Below are positions 13,001 to 24,100 of a stretch of 64,000 nucleotides of DNA, piece after piece (position 1 is the stretch's first letter; every line of letters begins with the position of its first letter). Both the position numbers and the translations under genes were made by a program. The notes beneath the pieces are model-generated. The model worked only from the letters and a program-made list of their open reading frames with translations, did not search any database and was not told the origin of the DNA. The stretch spans positions 1,736,001-1,800,000 of the forward strand of contig JAYWIR010000038.1 in assembly GCA_036172245.1 (NCBI GenBank), given 5' to 3'. Source of the DNA: Raillietiella orientalis (taxonomy: Eukaryota).

Positions 13001-13129
13001 CGTCACATGCAACACGCAGAGAGGGAGGGAGGAATTCCGCGCCGGCTCGCGTCCTCCTGATCGGATTCCGCGTAAAATTCATCGCGAGGCCGGGGGGTCA
13101 CGGGCGTTTTCCCGCTCTGAGCGCGCTTC

Positions 13130-16100
13130 GAGGCAGACGCCTGCGAGGGCAGTAATGGCCGCTCTATCAGTTTGATAAACACAGAGAATAATTATATACG
13201 GGGAGGTAATGCTTTCTAATCAACTCGTTGCTAAGAGTAATGCATTCGGAGCGCGGATTTGTCATGTAGGTATCCTTACGACAGTGATTTACGCAGACGA
13301 ATAGTTGGTGAGCAGTCTGTACCCATGCGTCACGGAAAGCTATGATTGGAGCAAATGATAGAGATTATTTTTACCCGTGGAACTCGGGTGCAAATTACTT
13401 GGGTGTACAAATTTCGCGTGCACCTCCCCGGAATGCTTGATGGATGCCTTTTTTTTCTCCTCTCCCTCTCGCGCTTTCTCCAGATCATCCCTGCGCACGC
13501 TGGAAGGATCTTTCTTCTGCTTCCCCTTGCCCCCGCGTCTGACTCCTCTCGGAGAGGCGCCTGCTTTGACACGTTTCCGAGTCGCGCGGTTTCCGTAGGT
13601 CCGACGGAGTGGGTGGCCGGGAGACACGTGTCTGGAAGGGCGCGGATTGGCGTTTCAAAGGTCGCCTCTCGTACGTCGCGCTTTTTGTAACCCGACTTCT
13701 TCGTGTTTGGGCGGCCGGGGAGACCTCCAAAGGCGGAATCGACGTTCCGTCGCGGGTTCGTGTAGCGAGCGCGTCCTCGTATTCTTCCGAGTCTCGCGGA
13801 ACAACGCCTCGGCATGACCTCCACCTTCTTGGTGGCACCCCAAGTGATGCTCTCCATCCACCTGGCCATCAGCATCCTTTTAGCTTCCGTTTTCCGTTAG
13901 CTTTCAGCTCGAGTGGCTTGACGCTGTCCAGCAGATCGGGTGTGGCTCTCTGGAGGAATCTCCACACGCACCGGCAGTTCCGCTTTGCCAGGGTCGAATG
14001 TGTAGTCCACGGAAGCACGAATATTCTCTCGAAGCCGGTGAGCCGCAGGGGGTTGCAAGAACCGCCGGAACCCGATGGCAAAGTGGATGACGGACGGCAC
14101 GAGCGGCGCGGCCCAAAACACCCCACAGGAGCTACTCGCTCGCCCAGGGGGGCCGCGCGGCCCGGATGCGCCCGGAGGCGAGTGGCGCGGCGGCGACGAC
14201 GAACCGTACGTACGCAGCCTGAGAATCGCTGCGCGAGTAGCGCAGGCAAGAACGAGGTAGCTCGGGAACGAGGCTGCTTGCTGCCACTCGCGAGCTGGCG
14301 ACCTGCAACCAGCCCGCGCTCAGGATCGGTGCGCGTGACGGGTCCCTCCTGACAGGGCTCGGTGCCGAAGGCAGGGAGCGACGCCTCGACGCCCCGGGGC
14401 ACGCCCAAAGCCGATCGACGGCCCGGTAGCGAGCGGGACAACGGAAGCGCAACGTCCTGCGACACCCGCTGGAAGGCTGGCACCGTGAGCAACAGCAGCC
14501 CCAGTGGGGGGGGAAGGCTGCGACCTCGACCGACCATGCGGAACGCCTCCGTCCGGCTGACGGAGAATCGTCAGCAAGGCCAGCCGCCGCGTCGACCACC
14601 ACCGCCTCACCCTCACCGTCCAAATACTCGCGATCAAAGGGCGCCACGGCGTGGCACGGCTGCAGCGCATCGCTGGCGGCGCTCACGACCCTTCCGACGC
14701 TCCCCGGTAGATCGGCGGGAGCGTTGCATTCCGGACGTCGGCGGAGGGCTCTCCCCTCCTCGAGCCGTCTTCTCACTTCCGCGTCACCTCCGTTTCCTCC
14801 GGGATCCGGTCGCTGTCCTCGCCCCGTGGTCGAGGAAAGCGACCTCTGTAGGGGGGGAAAAGCGCGCCGTTTCCTTCGTCCCTTTTCCCGGAGGCATCCG
14901 AGGCGGATGGTCGGTTTTCGAGCGAGGCCTTCGGTCGGGCGCGCCCGGTCCGGCGTGAGAGGCTGACGTGCGTCCCGGGGACGATGGGCTGGCAGGAGGC
15001 GAGCACAGCAACCCTCCCCCTTCCTTCCTCCATCTTCTTTCAGCGATCTGCGCTCGCTGAAAGCGCACGAAGAGCTCGTTGGGAGGTGACGTGATCGCTC
15101 CTGGCCGCCGCTGGCGCCAATTTTCCCAGTTCGATCCGGGCAGCACACGCGCGTCTCCCGCACGCCTCCTCCGTCCCGAATCAATCTTTCCCCTCGGCAT
15201 CATGTATTTCGGGGAGTGTTCCTCTTTGTTCGTGTGTGTTCGGTTCCCTGGGCGTCTTGGGGAAATCCGGCTGAGGAGCGCCGCCGCTTTGCATTTTAAA
15301 TGCGTCCTTATCGGGTTTTCAGTGTTCGTCTCCGAGGACGGCCTCCCCATGCATCACTCCGCGGAGAGCGTGACCACGGTAACTTCTCGCAGCCGAAATC
15401 AAAACAAAGTTTGAGTGTTTCTGTTTTCTCCTTGATTTCCTCGCGCGCTCCCTGAAGAACTTGCGTTCGCGTTCCGCCTCATGAGATGCGTGTTTTTTTT
15501 TTTTTTTTTTTTTCTTCCGCTTCTTCGTTTTCCCGTTTCCTTTCCGGAGATCCGTCCGCTCCCTGCTAACTCGCGAGGCATTCGGGAAAGTTTGGCCGCG
15601 TAAGCGCACTTTGAATCTTTCATGAGGCTGGAGCTGCCATTGAAAGTAAAGGATAACGGTTTTTCCTTCCCTTCAGCGGGCGGGAGAACTCTTTCTCCCC
15701 TCCCCTTCATCCCCTCCCCTCCCCCCCCCCCCTCGCCTGCTTCCCCACTCCCGAGTTTTTGTATCGAAACGGAGTTTTCGTTGCGGCCCACCCTGGACTC
15801 CGGGGGTGTTCGCTCCTGCCACGTGAGGAAGAACTTTTTTTCCTCTTCCTCTGGGGGACTGCTTCGCTCTCTTCTTGCCTTCCGGAGCCTCGCGTGCGTT
15901 ACGTGCAAGAATCGCATCGCCGTCTCCGAAAGGGGAGAAACAGCAACAACGACAACAACAGCGGATGATTCATCGGGGCTGCCTGCCCTCCCCCTCCCCC
16001 CCCCCCTCGTTCCCCTTCCCTTTTATTTTTTTTTATTTTTCTCCTTTCCCCGTGCATACGGCTGTTGCTGCCTCGAGACGTTCCCTCGCCCGCAACGCTG

Positions 16101-16270
16101 GCCTCTTGCAGAAATCGATCCTCGAGTCTATTAATTCAAATGACGTCGTAAATATTCATCGCGATTCGAAGACGCGGAGGAGTTTCCAGCAACTGCAAGG
16201 TTACATCCTCTCCCGCTCCTCGAGATTCATGTTGTGCTTTCATCCGAGGTAACAAAGGAGGCAGACCGAT
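13130..16270 (-). pseudogene. Roco module M9: ankyrin repeats - Roc - COR - CARD-like; GC-rich, decayed; likely source of the inverted duplicate in M7
   Basis: Ankyrin-like: 'LISAARSYRGH' (15319..15609) and 'GKGTKETARF...FLDHGAR' (14784..15350). COR-like: 'LRENIRASVDYTFD' (13897..14121) and 'VWRFLQ'. 'TFETPIRALPDTCLP' is followed by CARD-like 'RNLYTQVICTRVPRVKIISIICSNHSF' (13330..13875). Roc motifs are weak. Confidence 0.5.
13945..15073. repeat. Arm 1 of a near-identical ~1.1-kb inverted duplication (part of module M9)
   Basis: Reverse complement matches 24670-25812. ORF 14132..15184(-) and ORF 24688..25626(+) give almost identical translations. Confidence 0.97.
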
Positions 16271-16859
16271 GAACAATAAGCAGAAATGAGACACTGCATA
16301 TGAAATGAACGCTCGCTGTGCCTCCTCCTCCCCTCCCCCATCTCCCTCTCCCTCCTCCGACGGCGACGGCGACGACGAGCCAGTGGGCAGGGAACCGAAA
16401 AACAGATTGGACGGAGCAGCGAATTTTATTTTTAGTGCCCCGTAATGGCGGCCGCGATGCGGTGACCGCGTGTGTCGGAGTCCCCCATTCTTCCTCGCGG
16501 GTGGTTGGAAAGGAGGAAGGAAAGAAAAAGGGGGGGCCGGCGGGGAGAGCCCCAGCGGGATCCGAGTGCGCGTCAGGTTCTTCCCCTCGCGGACCCTCCT
16601 CCCTTTGCACGAGGCCTCGCGGATATCCCGTTCTCTTAACACGCAGTAATGCCAAACCAAGAGACGAGATGGAGAAAAGGAAAAAAAGGGAAAAAAAAGG
16701 AAAAAAAAGGAAAAAAAAAAAGGAAGGAAGGAAGGAAGTAGGAAAAAAGCGCATAAACCATCATCATCTACGGATGCAATGACGGCGCGAAAAGCAAATG
16801 CAAAGAGAAGCCGGATTAGAGCAAGTGATCTTTCCTCAATCAGGTTGGCAAATTAGCAA

Positions 16860-19800
16860 GGAAATGAGCTGCTCCCGTGGTTGCTAGGGCTGATCATTAA
16901 TTCCTCGCAGATTTTTTGCACGGATAACTTAATGAGACATCCAATCGAGATTAATGATCTCATTATTTCCTCCATTACAAAGTTCCCCCTCCGTTCTGAC
17001 GAAACCTGCAAGAAATCAGCCATGCAATAAACAATCGTTAGCGCAACATCTTCGGCGAGCTGCCGGTGAGCCACCGAGGGTGGTGGTGGGAGGGAGGTGC
17101 GCTTCGGCACCCGCGGCCGCGCGCAAGCGCACAGCTGCGGACGGAAGCGCGACGACTGCCTCGAGCTGAAAGCGTACGGGACGCGAGCCGACAGGGACTC
17201 CCGGCGGCTGCTGGACCGAAAGGGCAGCCCCACCGCCCCCGCGTGAGTCTCGCCCCCACCTTGCGGGTTCGACGGTGCGGCACCACCAGTCGAGCGCGCC
17301 CCTCCTTCGCCTTTTCCTTCCTGTGTGCGGCGTCGGACTAGGCCTCACGCCCGCGCGTGGGGTCGCGGGGGGATGCGATCGGGGAAGGCGCGCGCGGGAG
17401 GAGGAGGTCGAGTCGGAGGAGGAATTCGGGAAGAGTGACGTGCGGGCCGATCCGCCCTCGTGGTTTCCAATTTATTGATTCTATATAAATTCCCTGTGGC
17501 GCAGCCTCCCCCAAAACGGCTGTCACTGATTAGCGTAATTCCCAGCTGCTGATGAATTCCTAATGGTTTGCAGCCTACGACCAGCCTTCGGAAGAGGATG
17601 GAAATCTCTTCTCTCCGGAACATCATGGCAATCTTGCGGGTCAGGGAAAGAAAGTCACACATCCGGCAGCGGGATCGCATGGCTCTCCCCAGCCATCCCT
17701 TTCCCGAGAGGGATTCATGGCCGGAGCCACATCCAGCGCTCTAGCGAGAGGGAGCGGCAATCGTGCCGGACGCAGAGGGCCACCGGGCGGCGCAAGACGA
17801 CTGGGAACGCACCTCGGCGCATCGGCTCTCCTCTTTGCCTCGAACGGGCCTCAGCAGCCATTTGCCGTGGGATGTACTCGGGACTCCAAGGATCCCAAGG
17901 AAGAAAGCAGGCAGCATCGGGAAAGAGACGATCTGCTCAGCAGTCCCACGCACGAGAGACACTGACGCCGCACAGGTCACCACCCGAATTTGAAACCATC
18001 CCGCCAGACGGACGCCGCCAGAAGAACAAAGGGTTCATCTGGAGAAGATGCCTGCAAACGCGGAGATGAAGGAAATCGACCCATCGCGCTCTCAGATTTG
18101 AGGTTTTCATAAATAAATAAATAATCTAAATAAAAAAAATTCATTCCGCAAGTGCATAAAAAAATGCGTAGAAAACAAAGAGATGGAAGAAGGGTTTCTT
18201 TCGTCAGCAAAGCTGCATCCACAAAACGATCATTGGAACCGCTGCAGAGAGTCAGCGACCCTAGTGAGGCCAACCCAATTCCAAAACGATCTCGTGCTGC
18301 GTGGTACGCGTAGGGCACATCCACGGATAGCAGCAGCAGGTGGAGGCGTCGAAACGCAGAGAGCAGGCGGCGCGAGCGCTCCTTCATCCCGAGGGAATGC
18401 CGAAAGGTCCCAGGAACTGCGCGAGGCGGCGGGAGAGCAAAGTGCAGGAGGTTTCGGCATTCGGTCTCCCGGTGGGCTGTGCGGGAAAGTCTGGAGCGGA
18501 CCTGGCCCACGCCCAACCGAAGGTCGCTCGAAAGCCAGCCGCCGTCCGCTTCGCAGGACTCCGGGAAGAGAAAGGAGGAAAGTGACGCTCCTTTCGCTCC
18601 GGAGGAACGTCCGCCCCGCTCCGTGCTCTGGGTGGCACCTTCTCCCGGCGAGGGGAGAAGAGGGCAGCGACGAGGCCCCGGAGAACCTGAAGGTGCCGCA
18701 GAGCGTTTGGTCGAGGAAAGCGTTCAGTCCTGAGGAAAGTTTCCCTCCTCAGGCCATGTGTGTAAAACCCCCGCAGGGCTTCTTGCTATTTATTTCCCAT
18801 TAGCTTAACAAAAAGTTGTCGAGGAGACGCTTATTGAAAGAACGGAATGGGTCACTGTCCGAACTAACAGCATATTGCCATTGAGCCCATGTCAGATATT
18901 GAGCTGTCGGGTGACCCCATTAGAAGAACGCTTTGCATATCCTTTTGTTCGCAGATGGCGGCATAAAGAACTCTCTTCCTGAAGACTTGCAAACCCAAGA
19001 ACTTGTTAGCTTCTTCTTCTTGTAGGTTACTTATTTGTTTATTTCCTCCTGCTCTCTGACCTCAGCGCACCCTTGTCGAGGAGCAATTCTCCGGATAATG
19101 AAACACGCCCTTCTTTGCGGGGCATCTCTCAGCTGACCAAGAGCGACCTGCACTTGGAGCATGCTTCCAGGAATGAAAGCGAAAGACATGAATCATCGAA
19201 AGACGTGATGGGACGTTCAGCAACAGCGAAAGGGCCGAAGTCTCAGGTCAGCATAAATCTTATTGTAACATAAAAAGAATCTGGATGAAGATGGCGGTGT
19301 GCACACACACACCACACACACGCGCACACACACACAAAAAAAAACTTTTTTCATGACAACTTCGTCTTGGTCTTCAGTCAGCTTCGGTGTTGCTAAAACG
19401 ATCTGTTAGCACTCTCTGGCTCTCCCAACCCTGTTATTTTTAGGCTGACAATTTTCCCGAAGCCATAAAAAAAAAAAAAAAGGAAAAAAAGTTTTAGGCC
19501 ACTCGCGCGAGGGTTTGGTCGTATGTGGATCTCGAAAACAAGAAAGTGGCACGGTGTCTGAGGACTGCTGGGATTTCTTACGAAATTCCCAGTGCCGCCT
19601 CAGTCGCATGGAAATTCGGTGATGGGAGAGCAGCAACCGGCATCCGGAATCGCAGTCGCGGTGGATTGCGTCTCTGTGTGTGTTTTCGTTCCTAGGCCTT
19701 CTTCTCCTCATCATTGCGGAATTCGTGGGACTTCCCGACGCGCACGAGAGGTCACCATTTGATCGGAGTTCGATCGACCTACTACAAAGAAGAAGAGGAC

Positions 19801-21100
19801 GCCGCGGGTGATGGTTTCACACCATTCCCGATGAGAAATGAGAAGTGAAAGCCTTTGAACGTTTCCAGACGGGATGTTTGTACCCCTCTGTTCGTCAGTG
19901 ACCTGCAGTGCATCATGACGAAGTGATAGATGGCGCAGAAGCTCAAGGCAAAGAAAGTCCTCGGTTTCCGGTGCGGCAGCGCCAGAGGCGGTTGTCAAGA
20001 AGACAATCCCCTCTCCAGAGTGCACACCAGTGGCTGGAACAGCCCTACGGACACAGCCTCTCGCCGGATGTTTTCTTCTTCTCTAGAAACCGTCTCTGCC
20101 CCCTTCCTCGTCCAAAAGGATCGATTCCACTCAGCTTAGCAAGACACGCTTCGGAAGCAGATGGTGAAACTCGGTGGGTACTCCTCCCACCGCAAGAGAA
20201 CGACCAACAGGGCTGGTTCACCCCGCTTCTTTGAAAGATGAAGAGGTCCCTCCTCGAAAGTCAAGAGCCCTCTTTGTAGCCAAAGGGATTTACGTTCGAC
20301 AAACGGTGTTGATCCTCACCACGGCGCTGGTTGATGCTCAGTCAGTTCGAGTCCTTCTCAGGGACTCTCAGGCGCCACTGATCCGTAAAGAAGATGTGGA
20401 CAAGGAGCACCATCAACGGGTGAGCACGAAGAGTGGGTGCTCTTCGACTCTGAGTTTCAGGAAACACTCACAATCCTCCCTCCTAGGACCTTGTATCGTC
20501 CTAGGACCCAGGGCCCCTCCCACTGCATCCTCAGCAGCAGTTTATGAATCCGGCGTTGCGGAAACGGTCAGAAAGTCTTTCGATTTTGGAAAAGCGGCGC
20601 CGCTGCCGGCTCATTTTCCATTCACCTGCTCGTCGCGTCTGCGAAAGCTTCGCCTCCTCCGTCCCTAACGATTTGTGATTCTTTCGTTTCCTCTTCGGAG
20701 CACTCCTGCCTCTTCCCCATTCGCTGCTCCGGGGATCCGGGAGACAGTGGAAGAAGACAGTGGTCTTCTCGCACGTCTGGGAAGGTGATGCAAGGAGGAG
20801 ACGCGACGAATGAGAGACGAAGAAGCATTGGAATCTTCCTCGTCATCTTTCACCGCCGCAACATGCGGTGGCGCGCGCATGGCAGAAGCGAAGGACCTCC
20901 TATGCGAAAAGAGCGGTTCGGATTCTCCTGTTGTCAAGCCAGCTTTTCCTTCTCTCCCGTCCAATTTCGGGGACTCAGCTGCTCAGGATTCCGGCGTGGC
21001 TTGTAGCCGGCCAATGCGTTATTGCCCTGCACAACGCTCCAGCATCAAAACAAGAGATCGCTCGCCCTGAGCTTCGTAAGAATTAGTTTCCTTCTCGTAC
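16860..21100 (-). pseudogene. Roco module M8: ankyrin repeats - Roc - COR - CARD-like; decayed
   Basis: Ankyrin-like: 'RAPPHVAAVKDDEE' (20665..20964) and 'VESILLDEEG' (~20100-20130). Pre-Roc 'FCAIYHF' and P-loop-like 'FLIGNGVKP' (~19810-19845). COR: 'VALGQLRDA' (~19130), 'GREFFMPPS' (~18960) and 'SVWRDGFKF' (17977..18516), the last matching M7 'GVWSDGFRF'. CARD-like: 'ILFRRLVVGCKPLGIHQQL' (17345..17680) plus 'FLQVSSERRGNFVMEEIMRSLISIG' (16853..17233). Confidence 0.65.
18110..18720 (-). mobile_element. Probable LINE 3' fragment (zf-RVT-like) inserted in the M8 COR region
   Basis: ORF 17977..18516 'VRSRLSRTAHRETECRNLLHF...FRHSLG' resembles the C-terminal Zn-finger region of other copies, and a T-rich 3' tail follows. 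Confidence 0.4.
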
Positions 21101-21113
21101 TTCGGACATGTCA

Positions 21114-24100
21114 TCAAAGAAAGGCGATTTTCTCCTGGAATGCTCTGGCCCCTTGATCTCCGAACGATGTAAGGAGCTCCATAAATTCCACAGTCTTATC
21201 AATTAAAAACAAGCTTTGTCTCTCATTGCAGTTTCCGATCCGGAGACCGTTTTTCTCTGTCTCTCTCTCCCTCTCCCTCCCCGTGTCTCCGTTTCCTTCC
21301 AAAAAATTCTACTAGAAAGAAACCTTTCGGTTCTTATTACGACCATGAGTACATCTCCGCGTGTGCGGCATTTGGAATGCGTCTTCTTAGGGAGCAAAAG
21401 ATCCCCATCGACATGCAGCAAGTGTAACTTTAGCGATATCTTTCGCATGCTTTTGGGTTTCGATTCGTATTCTTGAAAATTTTCTTGCACATTCAGCGAC
21501 CCTCAGGGATTGTGTTTGTTCGAGCGCATGTTACGGATGCGGCAAAACATCGCCGGTCGTAAAAAGTTCTTTGAAATAGTTTGTTCAATTACACAGAGAT
21601 AAGCACGAAAGTTTTCCAGGGAAGTATGGAATGCCATAACCGAGTAATAAATGGCATGTGGAAATGCGATACTCTGTTGACCCGCTCCGTTCCACGAAAT
21701 TGGCTCCGGGAACCGGAATCCATCGGACCAGACTCCGGAGCATAAATTAGGATCCGCATCTACCCAAAAGTTGCCCCGTCTCATACCCCTTCGGAAGGAT
21801 AAATACCAAACACGGCCATGTCCCTCTAGTGCACACGCACACACACGCACACACACGTTAATAAGAGCGACGTATGGATAGCCTCTCCCACTTGGGAATC
21901 TCACGAAAGGAACACTTGTAAGCGACGGCAGACTGAGGGGTCGTAGTGGTGGCTTCGCGTGGTTTTCCCTGCTGGTCGTGACCCACATCCTGTTCACTGG
22001 ACCCCGTACAGAAAACTTTGGATTAGAAGAACTGGGAGTCAAGTGAACGAGCTCCAGCTGTCCTGATAGAAAGACCCCTCAACTCCTTCTCTCGTTATTT
22101 ACTCTCCCCCCCTGTTTCCCCAATTGTGTTGCGAGCAGCGTTCGTTTTTGGCTTCCTCCAGGAAACTGCACGCTTGAAAAATCTTTTCTTCCTCAGGCGG
22201 TTTACGGGGAGGGCATCCGAAAGTAGGCATCCGAAATCCCCTCAGTTCACGAAGATGCTCCGTATTTTGTGTTTCGGAGTTTCTTCTTCCTTCCTCTCTG
22301 CAAAATGGAAATGCAGCAGCCAGTCTGGAAACATGTTCTGGCATCCCTGAAGGCACGCGGACATTCACGGAGTTCACCGTCAGGCAAAAAAGTTTGCTCG
22401 AAAAGAAGACCGCGCGGGATCGGTGGGTGCTGCCCATACAAATGCATGAAACTTGACCCCTGCTCGTAAGAGGGTCTGCTGCACAATCGTCCCGCACTTG
22501 TTGGCGACGCTTATTGCAAAATTTCCTGCAAGCCAGTAGGCTTCCAGGAAAAGCTGACAAGGACAAGCTCGAAGCTCTTCGTAAATTGCCCCCATCGCGT
22601 GCTGGGATGCGGTTCTGAAGAAGGAGGCTGCGGGAGTCATTTAGATATCCCGTGTGATGGCATCCGACGGAACGGAAGGTCTTTCGTCTCGGATGCAGTT
22701 TCCGAGCTCGATTGGCTCCACAGAGCAGAGAGGAGGTCCTCCCTAAATTCATCTTTCCTAGGGCTCGCTTCGCTCTCCCGACAGGGAAGTTTCCGTTGGG
22801 AGTGCTGGTACACGGACAGTCGAGGAAAATGCGAGGAGAAAGCATGCATCTGGCGAGAGGCACCATCTGCCTCCCGACGACCACCCCACGGAGTTTCCTC
22901 GCCTTTGTCCAATCAGAGAGAGGTGCGTTAGTGAGTGGATGAACAAGCAAAGTCCATCACCAGAAAAGATGGAGCGGATTTTCTTCGTCCAGGAGGAGGC
23001 AGTGTGCATGCCTGAGGAGGGTGCCATCTTGAAGTGACGGGACTGATACGGCCTGCTTGGTGTCCAGGTTCCGTTTCCCGAGAATCCAGCAAGTTTTCTC
23101 CCATGTACGGAAAATGGCAGAAATCAAAGGGCAAGAGTCCGTATTCAAAACTGCCCCACTTCAATCAAAGTGAGGGAGCCAAATAGCTCAAGATCTTCCT
23201 GCCAGTCCCAGAAGGGCTCGCAGAAATAGGAAAAGGCATGGAGGCTATAGGAAAACAGAATTAGATGACGTCATTGGTTTATTAATAATTCACCGTCTTA
23301 GAATTATTGTATTCTTTTTCGGTTTTGAGTCCCAGCTGTAAATGCTGGATTATGAAGAAACTAAGCCCTAGTTTTCTTTTTTTTCTTTCTCCATCCAAAA
23401 CCTAAGAATTCCAGAGTAATCAGGTTGTCGGCCACGTTTTTTTCAGCCACAGGATTTCAAAGAACCAGAGGATGCGACGAACAGTATCAGCAGGGAGAAG
23501 GAAAAAGGAAAACCGTCCGCTTTAGCGGCCGTCATTTCCTCCCCCGAAGGCTGTGAATTATGTGATGACACGACATGCACAAGTGGTCCTCCTTGGTCTC
23601 CGATCGACGGGAAAAACAAGACGAACACATGGATTCTGCACCGGATCGATAGCCGTGGAGATATTCTTCCGTCTGCTCATCAAAAGCAGAAGCGCTCAGG
23701 TTCTTGCGTTTCCTTCGACTTTTCTGCCTGAGCGCATCATTTAATGAACGGAGCACATCCTGCGATCTCGAGATTTTTCTTCTGAGCAGACAGGAGGAGG
23801 GAGAAAAATTAACAAAAACAAGGAGTACATAATGTTCCTGTGTGTCTCCGACGTGGGAAGGCAGTAGCAGATCCTCGACGGGCAAGCTCGTCGAGAAGGC
23901 TCTTCCGGAGTGTTCTTCCTGAAATGGGGAAAGTGGATCCCCTCGGTTGCGATGGCGGGAATGCTGTGACCTGCGATGGCTGCCGTGCGAAGAATTCTGC
24001 TGCCAATTAAGAGGGCTCTTTCCTGTTTTCAGGTACGCTCACATTCCAAGAACCTTCGACGAGCCTTTGAAATTTCGAATCACTTATCCCGCGCGAAGCA

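Noticed and set aside
19066..19246. Plus-strand exon with AG/GT borders (ORF 19073..19273)
   Set aside because: The translation has no recognisable features, while the opposite strand gives COR motifs collinear with module M8.
23443..23760. Septin or AIG1/GIMAP GTPase ('FDEQTEEYL', 'RIHVFVLFF', 'AKADG')
   Set aside because: Short matches only. Upstream ankyrins and downstream COR motifs favour a Roc domain.
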